64,000 nucleotides of DNA from an uncultured delta proteobacterium (GCA_963808235.1 CAWEEQ010000004.1:2296243-2360242), one strand, 5' to 3'; shown: positions 46,173 through 56,609, counted from the stretch's first letter. Made by a program: numbers and translations. The notes: generated by a model not told the origin, from the sequence alone.

Positions 46173-47795
46173 ATGAAACGCTTCCTGCTGATACTGGTGG
46201 CTTCGGCTCTGCTGCCGGCGACCGCGTGTAGCTTACGCCAGAAACCCACCGGCGAAGACTACTATGCGCAGGGCCAGCTTGACTTCGCCCAAAAGGAATA
46301 CAAGGCCTCGATCGAAAACTATCAGCTTCTGATCGACCAGTTCCCGTTCAGTCCGTATGCCGAAGACGCCGAGATGAAAATCGGGCTGGCCTACTATCAA
46401 TCGAAAGACTATGCCGAGGCGATCGGAGCGCTCGACGACTTTCAGCGGATGCATCCGACCAGCCCGAACCTGGAACTCGTCACCTACTACATCGGGATGA
46501 GCTACTACGATCAGATGGGGCGCGAGGACCAGGATCAGAGCAAGACGCAGCAGGCGCTGAAGCGGTTCCAGGAACTCGAGCAACGCTTCCCCGAGGGCGG
46601 CTTCGCCGAACTGGCGCATGAAAAAGTGGTGGTATGCCGCGAGATGCTGGCGCGGAACGAGATGGTGGTCGGCGACTACTACTACAAGCGCGCGAACTTC
46701 CGCGCGGCCGAGTCACGATTCGCCGAGCTGATGCAGAAATATCCGGATACACCGGTCGCGCCTGACGCGCTGTTCGAGCTCGGCATCTCGCTCGAAAAAG
46801 AAGGCAAGAAGTATTCGGCGGCACAGGCGTTCACCGCCGTAGAGAAACACTTTCCCGACAGCAATTATGCCAAGCGGGCCGCAGCCGAGCTCAGGAAGCT
46901 GCACGAGCCAATCGATACCGAAGAGGATCCGCTGCCGCTGGTGCTTGCCGAAACCGGTTACGGCGGAGATGCCGAGGACGCCAATGCCGACAAGATAGTC
47001 GTGCGCCAGCGCGGGGACACGACGCGCGGCGCGCCGACGGCGTCGGCCTACGGACCGGACGGATTACCTCTGTTCAACAGTCCCGCGCCGTCAACCGCGG
47101 GCGCATCGGCACTCGCGTCGAGGACGCCTGACATGATGCATGTCCCCGATGCGGCGCCGCCACCCGCGGGCGCATCGGCGCCGGCGCCTAAGGCGCCAGA
47201 CATGATGCATGCCCCCGATGCGGCGCCGGCGGCAGCCTCCGCGCCGAGCGGCAGTATCGTGGGCGCGGCGGCGGCGCAGGCGCGCGCGATGACCGGTCCC
47301 GCGGATTCGGTGCCCAGCGCGGCGCAGGTGAAGCAGATTGTCAGCCCGGATTCGACGCCGCCTGAGCAGCCTTTGCATCCGATGACTACCGCAGATTCAG
47401 CTGCGCCGCCGCTTTCGCTAAGAGAGCCGCCGACAACCGGACCCGCCACGTTGAAGACGATCAGGTTGTCGTCGAACGATCCGCCGCTGTCGGTCATCCT
47501 CGAACTAAGCGGACCAGTGCACTTCGACAAGAACCTGGAATCGAATCCCGAGGGCGCGATCGCAACCGTGGTGCTGAAGGATGTCACTCCCGATTCCGGG
47601 CTGCAGACTCACCTGGTGTTCGACAAGTCTATCTTCAAGGACTGCAGTATCTCGAGCAGCTCTTCCGGAACGACGGTGACGCTGAACACGCAGCCAGTGG
47701 CGCACTTCGCGGTGGTCCCGCTCGACGGGCCGCCGCGCCTGTTGATGACCTTCACTCCGCAGGCCGCGGGTCAGAAGACCAGCGCCGCAAGATAA
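46173..47795 (+). CDS. BamD-like TPR lipoprotein with long Pro/Ala-rich linker, PDMMH repeats and unknown C-terminal domain
   Basis: Lipobox LLPATAC. BamD-like N-terminal ~270 aa (YYAQGQLDFAQKEYKASIENYQLLIDQFPFSPYAEDAEMKIGLAYYQSKDY). Extended to 540 aa. Confidence 0.65.
   Translation: MKRFLLILVASALLPATACSLRQKPTGEDYYAQGQLDFAQKEYKASIENYQLLIDQFPFSPYAEDAEMKIGLAYYQSKDYAEAIGALDDFQRMHPTSPNLELVTYYIGMSYYDQMGREDQDQSKTQQALKRFQELEQRFPEGGFAELAHEKVVVCREMLARNEMVVGDYYYKRANFRAAESRFAELMQKYPDTPVAPDALFELGISLEKEGKKYSAAQAFTAVEKHFPDSNYAKRAAAELRKLHEPIDTEEDPLPLVLAETGYGGDAEDANADKIVVRQRGDTTRGAPTASAYGPDGLPLFNSPAPSTAGASALASRTPDMMHVPDAAPPPAGASAPAPKAPDMMHAPDAAPAAASAPSGSIVGAAAAQARAMTGPADSVPSAAQVKQIVSPDSTPPEQPLHPMTTADSAAPPLSLREPPTTGPATLKTIRLSSNDPPLSVILELSGPVHFDKNLESNPEGAIATVVLKDVTPDSGLQTHLVFDKSIFKDCSISSSSSGTTVTLNTQPVAHFAVVPLDGPPRLLMTFTPQAAGQKTSAAR
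47094..47232 (+). repeat. Tandem ~69-nt direct repeat (2 copies) inside the BamD-like gene encoding TPDMMHVPDAAP / APDMMHAPDAAP
   Basis: GCGGGCGCATCGGC...GACATGATGCATG(T/C)CCCCGATGCGGCGCCG occurs twice, 69 nt apart. Confidence 0.5.
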
Positions 47796-47818
47796 AATCA
47801 GGCCGGTACTCGATCGAA

Positions 47819-49099
47819 TCAGGAAAAGACTTCGTCAAACCTGATGCCGAGGAATTTCAGAACGACCTCGGCGTAGACCTTCAGCCCCCAATTGAAGCCG
47901 TCGATCGGCAGGCGCTCGTCGTTGCCGTGATAGAGCGAGCCGAACGGCATGTGCGGCTCGAGTCTGACCGGTGAGAATCCGTAACAGGCCGCGCCGAGCT
48001 TCGAGTAAAATTTGTTGTCGGTCGCGCCGGGAATCATCCAGGGGATCGCGAGTGAGCCCGGGTCGGCCGCCTCGATGGTGCTCTTTATCAATTCGAACAA
48101 CGGAGTGTCGGCGCTGGTTTCGGCCGGCGGCGCGGATTTGATCAGCTCGAAGGTCGGTTCCGGCCCGACGATTTGGCGCAGCTCGGCCATGAAGCTTTCG
48201 GGATCTTCGCCGGGCAGCGTGCGTCCGTCGAGCACGATCGTCGCCTCGCCGGGGATCACGTTGTCCTTGTAGCCGGCGCGCAGAATCGTCGGCGAGACCG
48301 TGTTGGCGAGCATCGGCTGAAACAACGGCCCCGGAGAATCCACCGACACTCCCAGCTCCTCGAGCGTCTTGCGCATAAACGGCGAAACGTTCTTGCGCAT
48401 CGGCGTCTTCACGATCCTGGTGATCAGTTCGGAGATTCGCGAGATAGCGGTGTCGCTGCGCGGCATCGATCCATGCCCCGGCATCGCAGTCACCTTCATC
48501 TTGACCGTGACGAAGCCCTTCTCCGCAATCTGGATCGGATAGTAGCGGCGATTTCCCAGGTGGATCGTGAAGCCGCCCACCTCGTTGAGCACGTAGGCCG
48601 CGCGGACCAGCTCGGGATGGCGCTCGACGAGGAATTTTGCGCCATAGTCGGAGCCGGCCTCCTCGTCAGCGACCGCGGCCATGATGACGTTGCGATCAGG
48701 CTTCACGCTCGCGCGCTTCATCGCGGTCATCAGCACGAGATCCATCACGCATTTCGATTTCATGTCGATGGAGCCGCGCCCCCAGACGCATCCGTCGGCG
48801 ATTTCGCCGCTGAACGGCTCCCGCGTCCATCCCGAGCGCTCGACGGGCACGACATCGGTATGCGAGGAGAGCAGCAACGCGCCCTTGGATGAATCGGTAC
48901 CGGGATATCGGGCGACCAGATTGCCCCGGGTCGGCGCGCCCTCGCGGATCACGGACTCTACACCGTGGGCGCCGAGCACGTCGGCTAAATAGTCGGCGGC
49001 GACTCGTTCATTGCCGGGCGGATTGGTGGTGTCGAGGCGGATGAGCGCGCGCAAAGAGTCGAGCGCCTGATTCTGAAACGTCTGCCACGAGGTCGTCAT
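47819..49099 (-). CDS. M20-family metallopeptidase (ArgE/DapE/CPG2-like)
   Basis: LLSSHTDVVPV...GRGSIDMKS and HGHGSMP motifs. Confidence 0.85.
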   Translation of the reverse strand: MTTSWQTFQNQALDSLRALIRLDTTNPPGNERVAADYLADVLGAHGVESVIREGAPTRGNLVARYPGTDSSKGALLLSSHTDVVPVERSGWTREPFSGEIADGCVWGRGSIDMKSKCVMDLVLMTAMKRASVKPDRNVIMAAVADEEAGSDYGAKFLVERHPELVRAAYVLNEVGGFTIHLGNRRYYPIQIAEKGFVTVKMKVTAMPGHGSMPRSDTAISRISELITRIVKTPMRKNVSPFMRKTLEELGVSVDSPGPLFQPMLANTVSPTILRAGYKDNVIPGEATIVLDGRTLPGEDPESFMAELRQIVGPEPTFELIKSAPPAETSADTPLFELIKSTIEAADPGSLAIPWMIPGATDNKFYSKLGAACYGFSPVRLEPHMPFGSLYHGNDERLPIDGFNWGLKVYAEVVLKFLGIRFDEVFS

Positions 49100-49278
49100 C
49101 GGGTCCTCATTAATGATGCTCCCTTGTCATATAAAAGCTACAATCAGTTACGACACAAGTATAGACGTTTCGACGCCGATTATTGCGACAAGTAGCGCAC
49201 AAAGAAAGCCTTTCGGAGCGGCGCAATCGTGGGCGATAGCGTCCGGTTGCCGCCGGATATACGCTCGGGCGAAAGTCG

Positions 49279-50109
49279 ATGGGGATGAAAATCATATGTA
49301 TCGAGCGGGTAATCGTCGCGGTTCGGGCGCTTGACGAGTCGCGCGAGAGCTGGCGGCAGGCTGGATTCGGTATCGCGCCGGCTACCTTCGAGGATCGCGG
49401 GATGCGCCTTGCGAGGATGGCCGCGGGGGCGGTGGAAATCGATCTTTGTGAAGTCGACGCTCACGGTGAAGCTGGGTGGTTGGCGGCGCCGATACGCGAA
49501 GCCGTCGAGAACGGCGGCGGAATCGTCGGATGGGTCTGGGGCGTGAAGGGCACGCAGGCTCCGAATCCCGCACCATCGTCCAACGAATCAATCGTGCTGC
49601 CGAGTTTGGTGGAGCCGACGACAGGCGTGGAGATGCTTTCGTCGGAGCTACCCGGGGTTGTTACCGCGGCAGCGAAAACGAACCTCGATATTGAGTCGCG
49701 GCGGCTGAAGCTTCGCGACTTGTGCGGGCCCAACTCCAACTCGGTCGACTATCTCGAGCATATCGTCGTGATGACACCGGCTCTGGATGACGCAATCGCA
49801 GCGAACGAAGCGGTCGGCGTAGCGTGCAAAAGAGTCCGTGAAGTTGGGAACGGAGCGCGGCAGGCGTTCTTCAAGCTCGAGCAGACGGTGGTCGAAGTGG
49901 TCGGTCCCGCGCGCGGAAAGCCCGGGTGCTGGGGACTCGCGCTGATGTGCACAGATATCGCGCATGCGGTCGCGACCGTGCGCGCCGGTGGGCTCCAGGC
50001 GACCGAGCCGAAGCTCGCGATCCAGGGCGGACAGATCGCGCGAGTCGTCGAGCCGCTCGATGGGGTCGCGATCGCGTTCATGCAAGCAGGCCCGCGCCGC
50101 GACGACTAG
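49279..50109 (+). CDS. VOC-family (glyoxalase/bleomycin-resistance/dioxygenase) two-domain protein
   Basis: Two ~120-aa halves, each beginning with a beta-alpha-beta-beta-beta-like pattern (IERVIVAV..., LEHIVVMTP...). Weak call. Confidence 0.45.
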   Translation: MGMKIICIERVIVAVRALDESRESWRQAGFGIAPATFEDRGMRLARMAAGAVEIDLCEVDAHGEAGWLAAPIREAVENGGGIVGWVWGVKGTQAPNPAPSSNESIVLPSLVEPTTGVEMLSSELPGVVTAAAKTNLDIESRRLKLRDLCGPNSNSVDYLEHIVVMTPALDDAIAANEAVGVACKRVREVGNGARQAFFKLEQTVVEVVGPARGKPGCWGLALMCTDIAHAVATVRAGGLQATEPKLAIQGGQIARVVEPLDGVAIAFMQAGPRRDD

Positions 50110-50173
50110 GTTATCGCAGTCGGTGGAAGACGGCAGGTCGGCAAACTATGCTTTACGGTCAGGAGAGCAATCG

Positions 50174-51064
50174 ATGAGCATCAAACATCTGGCGGCCTCG
50201 GCTTCCGGCGATGAAATCTGCGCGGCGCTTAATGAGGACGGAGCCTGCGTGGTCGATCACGTTGTGGCGCCGGAGATCATGGACGAGGTCGCGGCGGAAC
50301 TGCGTCCGTTCACCGAGGCTACCGCGTTCGGCCCCGATGATTTCAGCGGGCGGCGCACCAAGCGCACCGGCGGTCTAATCGCGCGGTCGAAGACATGCCG
50401 GGACCTCGTGATGCATCCGACGGTGCTCGGCGGAGTCGGCAAGCTGCTCGGTCACGCCACCAGCTTTCAGTTGCATCTGACGCAAATCATTTCGATCGGC
50501 GCGGGAGAGCCGGCGCAAACGATTCATCGCGATCAGTGGGCGTTTGATTTCTTCTCTTTTCCCCGCGGCTACGAGGTTCAGTGCAATACGATCTGGGCGA
50601 TGACCGACTTCACGGCGGAGAACGGCGCGACGCGCGTCATTCCGGGAAGCAATCGATACGACGACAAGCTGCGCTTTACCGAGAGCGATACCGAGCCGGC
50701 CGAGATGGCAAAGGGGTCGGTGCTATTCTATACGGGCAGCATCTACCACGGCGGCGGCGCCAACCGCTCGAATGGTACTCGCAGCGGAATTAACATTACC
50801 TACAACGTTTCGTGGTTGCGCCAGGAAGAAAACCAATACCTATCGTGCCCGCCGGAAATTGCGCGGACGCTGCCGGTCGAGTTGCTCCGTCTGATGGGGT
50901 ACAGGCTCGGCGCGTATGCCCTTGGCTACGTGGACGATCTGCGCGATCCGATCGAAGTAGTTCGTCCCGATTTGGCCCGAAATGGTTTCAGCCCCGTGCT
51001 GGATACGGAAAAATCTGCGCCGCCCTCGAATACTCAGTCGGTCAGATCGAACGGACAAAACTGA
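50174..51064 (+). CDS. Phytanoyl-CoA dioxygenase (PhyH) family Fe(II)/2OG oxygenase
   Basis: RBS AGGAGAG upstream. HRDQ...GATRVIPGS...H pattern (HxD...H). Confidence 0.7.
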   Translation: MSIKHLAASASGDEICAALNEDGACVVDHVVAPEIMDEVAAELRPFTEATAFGPDDFSGRRTKRTGGLIARSKTCRDLVMHPTVLGGVGKLLGHATSFQLHLTQIISIGAGEPAQTIHRDQWAFDFFSFPRGYEVQCNTIWAMTDFTAENGATRVIPGSNRYDDKLRFTESDTEPAEMAKGSVLFYTGSIYHGGGANRSNGTRSGINITYNVSWLRQEENQYLSCPPEIARTLPVELLRLMGYRLGAYALGYVDDLRDPIEVVRPDLARNGFSPVLDTEKSAPPSNTQSVRSNGQN

Positions 51065-51511
51065 TTAGTCAGTCGGGGTCCAGGACTCGTTGCCTTGCGA
51101 TCCGGCCATTTTGTCCCGATCGGTTCCGATAAGTCCGAGATGGGTGCTTCCGAATGAAGTTGGATACTTGAGCCCATAGCCGAGAAAGCGATCCAGGCCA
51201 ATGTGGGCGGTCCATATACAAAGGAACGGGAGTATCCCGGCTCTGTAGATGGCGATCGCGACCGTCGCCAGACCGAGCGGCAACAAGTAACTATGGACGA
51301 TGTTGTAAGAGAGGCTCCCGGCTTTCGTGTTGAGAAGGTAGGGAAGCATCGCAAGATCGGGGACCAGGAGCAGCCCGATAAACATCCACCAGCTCGACCC
51401 TGTGTGCCAATAGAAAAGCGCGCTGAGTACCAGGACGGCCAGTCCTTCGGCTTTGAGCCAAGTGCGAACGGCGCCAGTGACGGCGCCGTCCGATAGTGCT
51501 TTAGCAGTCAT
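51065..51511 (-). CDS. DUF4260-like membrane protein
   Basis: Four TM helices. WTAHIGLDRFLGYGLKY motif. Confidence 0.5.
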   Translation of the reverse strand: MTAKALSDGAVTGAVRTWLKAEGLAVLVLSALFYWHTGSSWWMFIGLLLVPDLAMLPYLLNTKAGSLSYNIVHSYLLPLGLATVAIAIYRAGILPFLCIWTAHIGLDRFLGYGLKYPTSFGSTHLGLIGTDRDKMAGSQGNESWTPTD

Positions 51512-51595
51512 TTCGACGAGCCCCTCCTTACCGTCGCAAAATCTCCTGGCTCGTCGCTGAGGCTCAAGGCCGTAGCTTCGATTAGACTCGCGAGA

Positions 51596-52621
51596 CTATT
51601 GCGGGTCGGCGAGCTTTAGCAGTTGCTTGCCGAAGTTTGCGCCGGTGAACAGGCGGATGATCGTTTTCGGCGCGTTCTCGAGGCCATGCTGCAGGTCGAC
51701 CTGATTTTTGAGTTTTCCTTCCGCATACCATTTCTGCAGGTCGGCAATCGCCTCGGAGTAGCGCTGGAGGAAATGAAAGACGAGGAATCCTTCCATCCGC
51801 GCGTGATGCAGGATCAGGTTGAAGTAATTCTTCGGACCGGTCGGCTGTTTGCTGCCCATGTCGTTGTATTGCGAGATCGCGCCGCACACAACGATTCGAG
51901 CACGGTCGGCGATCCGCGCGAGTGCATCATCGAGGATCTCGCCGCCGACGTTGTCGAAGTAGACGTCGATCCCCTTGGGGCAGTGGCGCGACAGCGCCGC
52001 GCCGACTTTCTCGTTCTTGTAATCGATCGCGGCGTCGAATTCGGCCACCTTCGTGAGCCATTCGCACTTCTCGCGTCCGCCCGCGATTCCGACCACGTTG
52101 CATCCTTTGATCTTTGCGATCATGCCGGAAACTGAGCCGGTGGCGCCGGCCGCACCGGAGACCACGAATGTCTCGCCCGCTTTCGCCTGCCCGACCGCAA
52201 GCGTGCCGAAGTATGCGGTCAATCCGGTCGTTCCGAACAGTGAAAGCGCCAGGACTGGATCGGTGCCTGCGGGCAGCTTTTGCAATCCCATCAGGCCCTC
52301 ACCGCCGTTGACCGTGTAGTCCTCCCATCCGAAGAGTCCCTGCACGAGATCGCCCTTGGCGAAGCCGGGCCGCTTTGATTCCACGACTTGTCCGATGGTG
52401 CCGGCCTTCATCACCTCGCCAATTGGGATCGCCTTCATGTAAGTATCCATCGACATCCACCCGCGCTGGGTCGGGTCGAACGAGAAGGCGAGATTGCGCA
52501 CCAGGACCTGTCCATCCTTGAGCGGCGCGACTGGCGCTTCATTCCATCGGAAATCGCTTTCCTTGATCATGCCGCTCGGGCGCGCCGCGAGCAGCCATTG
52601 CCGATTTTTCAGTTCTGCCAT
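51596..52621 (-). CDS. NADP-dependent oxidoreductase, MDR superfamily (YncB/prostaglandin-reductase-like)
   Basis: VVSGAAGATGSVSGMIAKIKGCNVVGIAG nucleotide-binding segment. 341 aa. Confidence 0.85.
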   Translation of the reverse strand: MAELKNRQWLLAARPSGMIKESDFRWNEAPVAPLKDGQVLVRNLAFSFDPTQRGWMSMDTYMKAIPIGEVMKAGTIGQVVESKRPGFAKGDLVQGLFGWEDYTVNGGEGLMGLQKLPAGTDPVLALSLFGTTGLTAYFGTLAVGQAKAGETFVVSGAAGATGSVSGMIAKIKGCNVVGIAGGREKCEWLTKVAEFDAAIDYKNEKVGAALSRHCPKGIDVYFDNVGGEILDDALARIADRARIVVCGAISQYNDMGSKQPTGPKNYFNLILHHARMEGFLVFHFLQRYSEAIADLQKWYAEGKLKNQVDLQHGLENAPKTIIRLFTGANFGKQLLKLADPQ

Positions 52622-52758
52622 CGAGATATCTCCGGAACCGAACTTGCCTACCTGGAACTGGACTTAGCGGATAAGCAAAAAAGTCGCAAACCTCTTTCCC
52701 GGAATCAAGGGCGACACAAATCGAAGAAGGTCTATAATGTACGCGAGGCGCGGCGAAA

Positions 52759-53403
52759 GTGAGCGTCAATATTCGAGCGGGAAAAAGAGAAGACGCGAGC
52801 TTTCTGGCGCGGGTGATGATGCTCTCGTCGCGGGGCCATCTGCAGCGCGGGGTCTGGGATCTGATTGCCGGAGGTTCGGAGCAATACTGCCAGGACTATC
52901 TGCGGCGGCTCGCGCTAACGGAGCCGGTGTCGCTGTGTCACTATTCGAGTTTCATCGTCGCGGAGCACGATCGCATTCCGGCGGCGGCGCTGTGCGGATT
53001 CGATCCGACCGCGGGTGGATGGCAACTGCTGGCGGAGGCGATGAAGAACGTCCAGCGAGCTATGGGCTGGAGTCAAACGCACGAAAAGGCGTCGGCCGAG
53101 CGATCGGCGCCGGTCTGGACCTGCACGTTCGACACGCTCGACGGCGCGTGGGTGATCGAGTCGGTCGCGACGATGCCCGAGTTCCGCAGGCGCGGCCTGG
53201 CCGATTCGTTGATGGCTGAGATACTCGAAGCCGGCCGGGCAGGCGGGCATCGGCTCGCCCAGCTCACGATTCTCATCGGCAATGTTGCGGCGCAGCGCGC
53301 TTACGAGAAGGCCGGGTTCAGAGTGCTGGACGAAAAGCGGCATCGCGACTTCGAGGCCGCGCTCGGCGCGCCGGGCTTCATGCGGATGGTCCGCGATTAC
53401 TAG
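52759..53403 (+). CDS. GNAT-family N-acetyltransferase
   Basis: VATMPEFRRRGLADSLMAEILEAGRAGG...AYEKAGFRV. Confidence 0.75.
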   Translation: MSVNIRAGKREDASFLARVMMLSSRGHLQRGVWDLIAGGSEQYCQDYLRRLALTEPVSLCHYSSFIVAEHDRIPAAALCGFDPTAGGWQLLAEAMKNVQRAMGWSQTHEKASAERSAPVWTCTFDTLDGAWVIESVATMPEFRRRGLADSLMAEILEAGRAGGHRLAQLTILIGNVAAQRAYEKAGFRVLDEKRHRDFEAALGAPGFMRMVRDY

Positions 53404-53472
53404 TCGGCACTATACTCAGTAGGGTGATTGGCATAGCTACTGAGTAATCGCCGGGGACAAGGAGAAGCATCC

Positions 53473-54237
53473 ATGTCAATGATGGGACGGTTCGTGCAGG
53501 TCACGCCGGAGCGGCTTGCTCAAATCATCGACGATCCTTCGCAGGTAACTGCGCTGCTCGAAGGCGATGAGAGTTCCGGCGCCCCCGGCGGATTCCCGTC
53601 GGGGCCGATCGGAGACATGACGCAGTTGCTGGCTCGCGCTCCGAAGCTTCTCGAGGCTTCCATGAAGACGATGGATCCGGCGATGAGAGAAATGATCAAG
53701 CAGCGGCTTGCCGCCGCGGGAATCAACACCGACGCGATGGCGAGCGGCAAAGACGCCGACGCACTCGTGAAATTGATGACCGAACGCAGCCAGGCGCTCG
53801 CCGCGAAGCTCGGCACGCGAACGCCGGGTAAAACGCCTGCCCCTTTCGGCAAATCGAGCCCGGGCGCCAAGATCTCAATCGATAAAGCGTGGCACGGAGT
53901 CCACTACCTGCTATGCGGTCAGGTCGAGCCCGGCGCCACCATTCCGAGTCAGGCCGTGATGGGCGGGACCGAGATCGGCGAAGATCTCGGCTACGGCCCG
54001 GCACGATACTTCGTGGCCGACAAGGTGCGCGAGATCGCCGAGGAACTGAGCCGCCCCGATCTCGAAGCGGAAATGATCGCGCGCTACGATCCCCACGAGA
54101 TGGTCCGCCTGGGAATCTATCCCGACGGTTGGAAGCCTGGTGATAGGGGTTGGCTGATGGAAGCGTTTCACTGCCTGCGGCAATTCTATCTCGACGCAAG
54201 CGCAGCAAACCTGGCCGTCATCGCGACGCTGGATTGA
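53473..54237 (+). CDS. DUF1877 (YfbM-like) family protein with N-terminal extension
   Basis: IDKAWHGVHYLLCG motif as in YfbM. Weak call. Confidence 0.45.
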   Translation: MSMMGRFVQVTPERLAQIIDDPSQVTALLEGDESSGAPGGFPSGPIGDMTQLLARAPKLLEASMKTMDPAMREMIKQRLAAAGINTDAMASGKDADALVKLMTERSQALAAKLGTRTPGKTPAPFGKSSPGAKISIDKAWHGVHYLLCGQVEPGATIPSQAVMGGTEIGEDLGYGPARYFVADKVREIAEELSRPDLEAEMIARYDPHEMVRLGIYPDGWKPGDRGWLMEAFHCLRQFYLDASAANLAVIATLD

Positions 54238-54240
54238 ACG

Positions 54241-54948
54241 CTAGAAATTGCGCTGGCCGAAGAAGACGGCGTTGATGCCGCGTTTGGTCGCAGCGATCGC
54301 TTCCGGCGATTTCGCCGCCATCGATTTAGCCAGTTCCCGCGCGGCCGGCATCAACTCGGCGGGCTTCACGACTCGATTCAGCAGGCCCATCGCGAGCAGC
54401 TCCTCAGCCTTGTAGTGGCTGCATCCGAGGATAGCTTCCTTGGCGCGCCATGGACCGAGCCTCGCGGCGAGCACGTTGGCCGGCGCGCCGCGAAACGGCA
54501 CCTCGAGATCGACTTCCGGCACCCAGAACTCAGCGCCCTCGACCGCGATTGCAAAATCGAGCGCGAGTGCGAATGACCATCCGCCGCCGACTGCGGCGCC
54601 GTTGATCGCGCCGATCGTTACCTGGTCGAGATGCGCCAGCACGTCGAATGCGCGTCCGATCAGCCGGGGCAATCTTTTTGCGAAGTCGCTCGCGCGTCGG
54701 CGCTGCTCGCCAGGATCGGTCGGGGAGCCGGCGTCATCCCTGAATAGGGCTGTGTCGGCGCCGGCGCAAAATGCGGCGCCCTGCCCGGTCACGATCAAGA
54801 CGCGGCAGTCGCGATCATCTCGGACTTCCTGAAGATGGCGCTCGAATTCGAGGATCACTTCCTGGTTCAAACAGTTGCGGCGCTCGGGGCGGCTGAAGGT
54901 CAGCGTGGTGATCGGACCTTCTTTCTCGACGAGGAAGTTTGATGGCAT
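54241..54948 (-). CDS. Enoyl-CoA hydratase/isomerase (crotonase)
   Basis: ITTLTFSRPERRNCL...VLIVTGQGAAFCAGAD. Confidence 0.85.
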   Translation of the reverse strand: MPSNFLVEKEGPITTLTFSRPERRNCLNQEVILEFERHLQEVRDDRDCRVLIVTGQGAAFCAGADTALFRDDAGSPTDPGEQRRRASDFAKRLPRLIGRAFDVLAHLDQVTIGAINGAAVGGGWSFALALDFAIAVEGAEFWVPEVDLEVPFRGAPANVLAARLGPWRAKEAILGCSHYKAEELLAMGLLNRVVKPAELMPAARELAKSMAAKSPEAIAATKRGINAVFFGQRNF

Positions 54949-55011
54949 CAGGTCTACTGTTTACTGGTTGAATCGGCGGAAAACCAGCAATTCGTAAAAT
55001 CTGTTGAGGCG

Positions 55012-56559
55012 TTACGGAGTGCAGCGGCCCGTGCGGATTGCGATTTCGCGCAGCTTGGCGACGCGCAACTTGATTGCGCGGCTGCGGCGCAGCCGTTCCA
55101 GGGTCATCGGCAATCTATATGTCCAGTTCGAATCGTCGACCGTGCCTGGGCGGTTGATTTGATCGGTCCATCCGTACAAATCCTGAATCGGAATGATCAG
55201 CAGGCGCGACGGAGCCGCGTAGAGCGCCGCGAGGATCGCGTCGCGCGCTGAGTCGTCGAGCATCGCCCGCGGATTCAGCCGCATTTCAATTCCGAGCGCG
55301 CGCACCAGCTTTTCGCGATCGGCAATGGACTGCTCGCTCCACCACGTCGTGAGAGATTCCGTATCGTGGGTGCCAGTGGTCGCAAGCGACAATTCAGGAT
55401 AGGTCGCGGGGCTCAGAAACGTTTCGTCGGGTTCGCCCCAATTGCGCTCCCATTGCATCACCTTGTATCCCGGCACACCGAGATGCGTAAGCGATGCGCG
55501 CACCCATGGCGGCACGGTGCCGAGGTCCTCCGCGATGATCTCAGCGGTGCCGGCTTCGTTCTTGATAGCGCGGACGATCTCCTCGCCCTGGATTCGCTGC
55601 TGGTCTTCGTTCTCGGGGGTGAAGACTCCGGCTTCATCGGAATCGGCGCCAAAGTTGAAAGTTCGATAAAGCCCGACCACGTGATCGATGCGGATCAAAT
55701 CGTAGCGCGAACTGGCGAGACGAACGCGCGCACGCAGGAATGTGAAGCCGTTGACGCGCATCCGCTCCCAGTGCGGCAGCGGCAGACCCCATCGCTGACC
55801 GGTGAGATTGAAACCGTCGGGGGGCGCGCCGACCGAGCGCACGAGATCGAAGTCATTTTGATTGGCCCATACTTCGGCGCTCTCGCGGCACGGCGAGAAC
55901 GCAAGGTCGCCGCCAATTCGCACTCCGCGCGCGGCCGCGTACGCGCGCATCGATGACCACTGACGATGCGCGACGAATTGCCAGTAGCGGTACATCTCGA
56001 TCGAGTCGGCCAATTCGCGCCACGCCGCCGCGAGCGCTTTGGGATCGCGGCGGACTAGCTCGGCGGGCCACGACTCCCAGCTCGACCATTCGAAATGTTC
56101 TTTCAACGCACGGAACAACGCGTAGTCGTCGAGCCAGTAGGCATTGGCCGTCGCGAAGGCCCCACGCTGCGCGGCCTCGTCGCGTCCGTCACGCGCGCCA
56201 GTCGCGCGATATGCGCGCTCGAGCAGAGCCAGCTTTTCGCGCCGCACCGTCAACCGAGGAACGACGCTTGCCTTTCCGACCGCCGTGCGTGCGCGGGCGA
56301 GCACGACGCGCCCTACTCCGGGAAGGTCGCGGATCGAGATGTACATTGGATCGATCGCATTCACGCTTAGCGCACTGTAGGGGCTCTGTTCGTCGGGGCC
56401 GGTCTCGTCGAGCGGCAGGAGCTGGATCACCGAGCAGCCCATCTCGATCGCGAAATCGATCGTCGGCGCGAGATCGAGAATCTCGCCGCGTCCGAGACTG
56501 TCGCGGGTGCGAAGTGAGAAGAGCGGCACAAGAACGCCCGCCGATCGGGTGACCATCAC
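55012..56559 (-). CDS. malQ: 4-alpha-glucanotransferase (amylomaltase, GH77)
   Basis: SAGVLVPLFSLRT...GEILDLAP...IQLLPL and a GDLAF catalytic region. Confidence 0.9.
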   Translation of the reverse strand: MMVTRSAGVLVPLFSLRTRDSLGRGEILDLAPTIDFAIEMGCSVIQLLPLDETGPDEQSPYSALSVNAIDPMYISIRDLPGVGRVVLARARTAVGKASVVPRLTVRREKLALLERAYRATGARDGRDEAAQRGAFATANAYWLDDYALFRALKEHFEWSSWESWPAELVRRDPKALAAAWRELADSIEMYRYWQFVAHRQWSSMRAYAAARGVRIGGDLAFSPCRESAEVWANQNDFDLVRSVGAPPDGFNLTGQRWGLPLPHWERMRVNGFTFLRARVRLASSRYDLIRIDHVVGLYRTFNFGADSDEAGVFTPENEDQQRIQGEEIVRAIKNEAGTAEIIAEDLGTVPPWVRASLTHLGVPGYKVMQWERNWGEPDETFLSPATYPELSLATTGTHDTESLTTWWSEQSIADREKLVRALGIEMRLNPRAMLDDSARDAILAALYAAPSRLLIIPIQDLYGWTDQINRPGTVDDSNWTYRLPMTLERLRRSRAIKLRVAKLREIAIRTGRCTP

Positions 56560-56609
56560 GTGGACTGCATCTTGCTTGAGTTCTCAGGGATTCCGGCAAT
56601 CGCGATTGT

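Noticed and set aside
55953-56552. Arg-rich 199-aa ORF and similar Arg/Pro-rich ORFs (e.g. 17852-18454, 20497-20943, 47091-47378)
   Set aside because: Their composition is what alternative frames of GC-rich coding DNA look like. All overlap better-supported genes.
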